Shown here: positions 58,145 through 58,979 of the stretch, piece by piece
Position numbering within the stretch: the first letter of the stretch is position 1
Layout: each line of letters starts with the position of its first letter
NCBI GenBank assembly: GCA_018400535.1
Contig: JAGYMQ010000090.1
Coordinates: 1-58,979 of the forward strand
DNA length: 58,979 bases
Origin: Candidatus Cloacimonadota bacterium
GTDB taxonomy: Bacteria > Cloacimonadota > Cloacimonadia > Cloacimonadales > TCS61
Reading direction: 5' to 3'
Position numbers and translations under genes: made by a program
The notes under the pieces: model-generated
The model's database searches: none
What the model was told of the DNA's origin: nothing
Seen by the model: the letters and a program-made list of their open reading frames with translations, nothing else

Positions 58145-58912
58145 ATGAATAAATTTAATAAAACTTTGGGAAAAAGGATCAAGCAGTTAAGGCTTGAAAC
58201 GGGGATTTCCCAGGAACTTCTTGCACAACACTTAAACCTGAAACGAACAGCAGTTTCACAGATTGAAACTGGTAATAGAAACTTAACAGCTGCCGAGATT
58301 ATAAAGATTGCTCATTTCTTTAACATTTCTGCTGACGCCCTTCTCGAACCTGAAAATGATATAAAAGTTATCTTTGAAAAGAGAGAACCCAAGGCTCAAA
58401 ATAAACCTGAAATACGCATAAATGTTCCTCAAAAAAACTTGAAAAAATTCAAAGAAGTTCTGTTGTACATACTCAACAAAGTAGGATCAAAACCAAACAT
58501 AGGTGAAACAGTTCTTTACAAGCTCCTTTATTTTATTGATTTTGATTATTATGAAAAATATGAAGAGCAGATTCTTGGAGCGACTTACATTAAAAATCAT
58601 CACGGACCTACTCCCAAAGAGTTTATCAAAATAGTTAAAGATATGGAAGGGAAGGATTTACACAAAGTAAAAGATAAATACTATAAATATCCTCAAACTA
58701 AATACCTACCGCTGAGAGAACCTGACCTCTCATCATTAACAGCAAAAGAGATAAAACTGATCGATCAGGTTATCACTAATCTAGGCGAAAAGAATGCAAC
58801 TCAGATAAGTGAATATTCACACGGTGACGTTCCCTGGATCGTTACCGAAGAAGGAAAAATCATTGAGTATGAAAGTGTGTTTTATCGTAAGATACAATAT
58901 TCTGTAAGATAG
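58145..58912 (+). CDS. XRE-family HTH fused to Panacea/DUF4065 (SocA-like antitoxin) domain
   Basis: ATG at 58145 after GGAGGA (the track start is GTG 58130). The N-terminal HTH is LGKRIKQLRLETGISQELLAQHLNLKRTAVSQIETG. The C-terminal region has LYKLLYFIDFDYYEKYEEQILGATYIKNHHGPTP and SEYSHGDVPW. Confidence 0.75.
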   Translation: MNKFNKTLGKRIKQLRLETGISQELLAQHLNLKRTAVSQIETGNRNLTAAEIIKIAHFFNISADALLEPENDIKVIFEKREPKAQNKPEIRINVPQKNLKKFKEVLLYILNKVGSKPNIGETVLYKLLYFIDFDYYEKYEEQILGATYIKNHHGPTPKEFIKIVKDMEGKDLHKVKDKYYKYPQTKYLPLREPDLSSLTAKEIKLIDQVITNLGEKNATQISEYSHGDVPWIVTEEGKIIEYESVFYRKIQYSVR

Positions 58913-58979
58913 TGTTTAATAATAATAAAACCTAACCTGATCGATCGGAAATAGGTTGTCACCTTTAAGTGTTTTATAT

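Noticed and set aside
58913-58979. The AACCTA...TAGGTT inverted repeat with a central GATCGATCGG after the last gene, considered as a terminator or an attachment/repeat boundary.
   Set aside because: The stem is only 6 bp with a 17-nt loop and no T-tract. The sequence is too short and truncated by the window end to interpret.

Overview
This is a 59-kb chromosomal segment from a low-GC bacterium, about 36-37% GC by eye. It is densely coded and mostly housekeeping. Order along the window:
(1) 1-14.6 kb: the 3' end of tuf, then a complete S10-spc-alpha ribosomal-protein cluster running rpsJ to rplQ. It includes secY, map, infA, rpoA and rpmJ (rpmJ is missing from the ORF track). It ends in tandem intrinsic terminators.
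(2) 14.7-26.1 kb: a mixed accessory stretch.
- mgtE.
- A DUF1573-rhodanese gene interrupted by a single in-frame TGA.
- A GNAT gene and an ATP-grasp gene.
- A 3xSPOR-SH3 envelope protein.
- A tldD/pmbA-like pair.
- A C-N hydrolase translationally coupled to a secreted beta-helix protein.
(3) 26.3-35.7 kb: rimP-nusA-ylxR-L7Ae-infB-rbfA-nrnA-truB-ribF-radA.
(4) 36-45 kb:
- A small membrane protein, an orphan DUF58 gene and two TPM-domain proteins.
- A GC-richer M1 aminopeptidase with a T9SS/FlgD-type C-terminal sorting domain.
- A soluble GAF/PAS histidine kinase with a response regulator carrying a four-Cys output domain.
(5) 45.3-51.8 kb, minus strand: the cell-elongation operon mreB-mreC-[CofE-like]-mreD-mrdA-rodA-[unknown].
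(6) 52-53.9 kb: an ECF sigma / anti-sigma pair plus two Spy/CpxP-like proteins.
(7) 54-59 kb: rpmB, a DUF355/adenosine-kinase-like gene, thpR, recA, recX, a Nif3-family gene, and an XRE-HTH/Panacea (DUF4065) antitoxin-like gene at the window edge.
I recognised no rRNA, tRNA, CRISPR array, transposase or integrase.
The NYPNPFNPST-type C-terminal domain and the composition suggest an uncultured FCB-like or Cloacimonadota-like lineage. That is inference only.
The most interesting observation is a candidate secreted selenoprotein. A UGA sits exactly where the DUF1573 family has the first Cys of its CGC motif, and it is followed at fdhF-like spacing by a hairpin with a GGUC loop.
Secondary points:
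- A compositionally foreign F420-ligase-like gene sits inside the mre operon.
- The Panacea-type antitoxin's partner must lie just beyond the window.
- The response regulator has an unnamed Cys4 output domain.
- L30 has an acidic tail.
- The nusA-operon leader contains a terminator-like hairpin.
- GATC is strongly over-represented.
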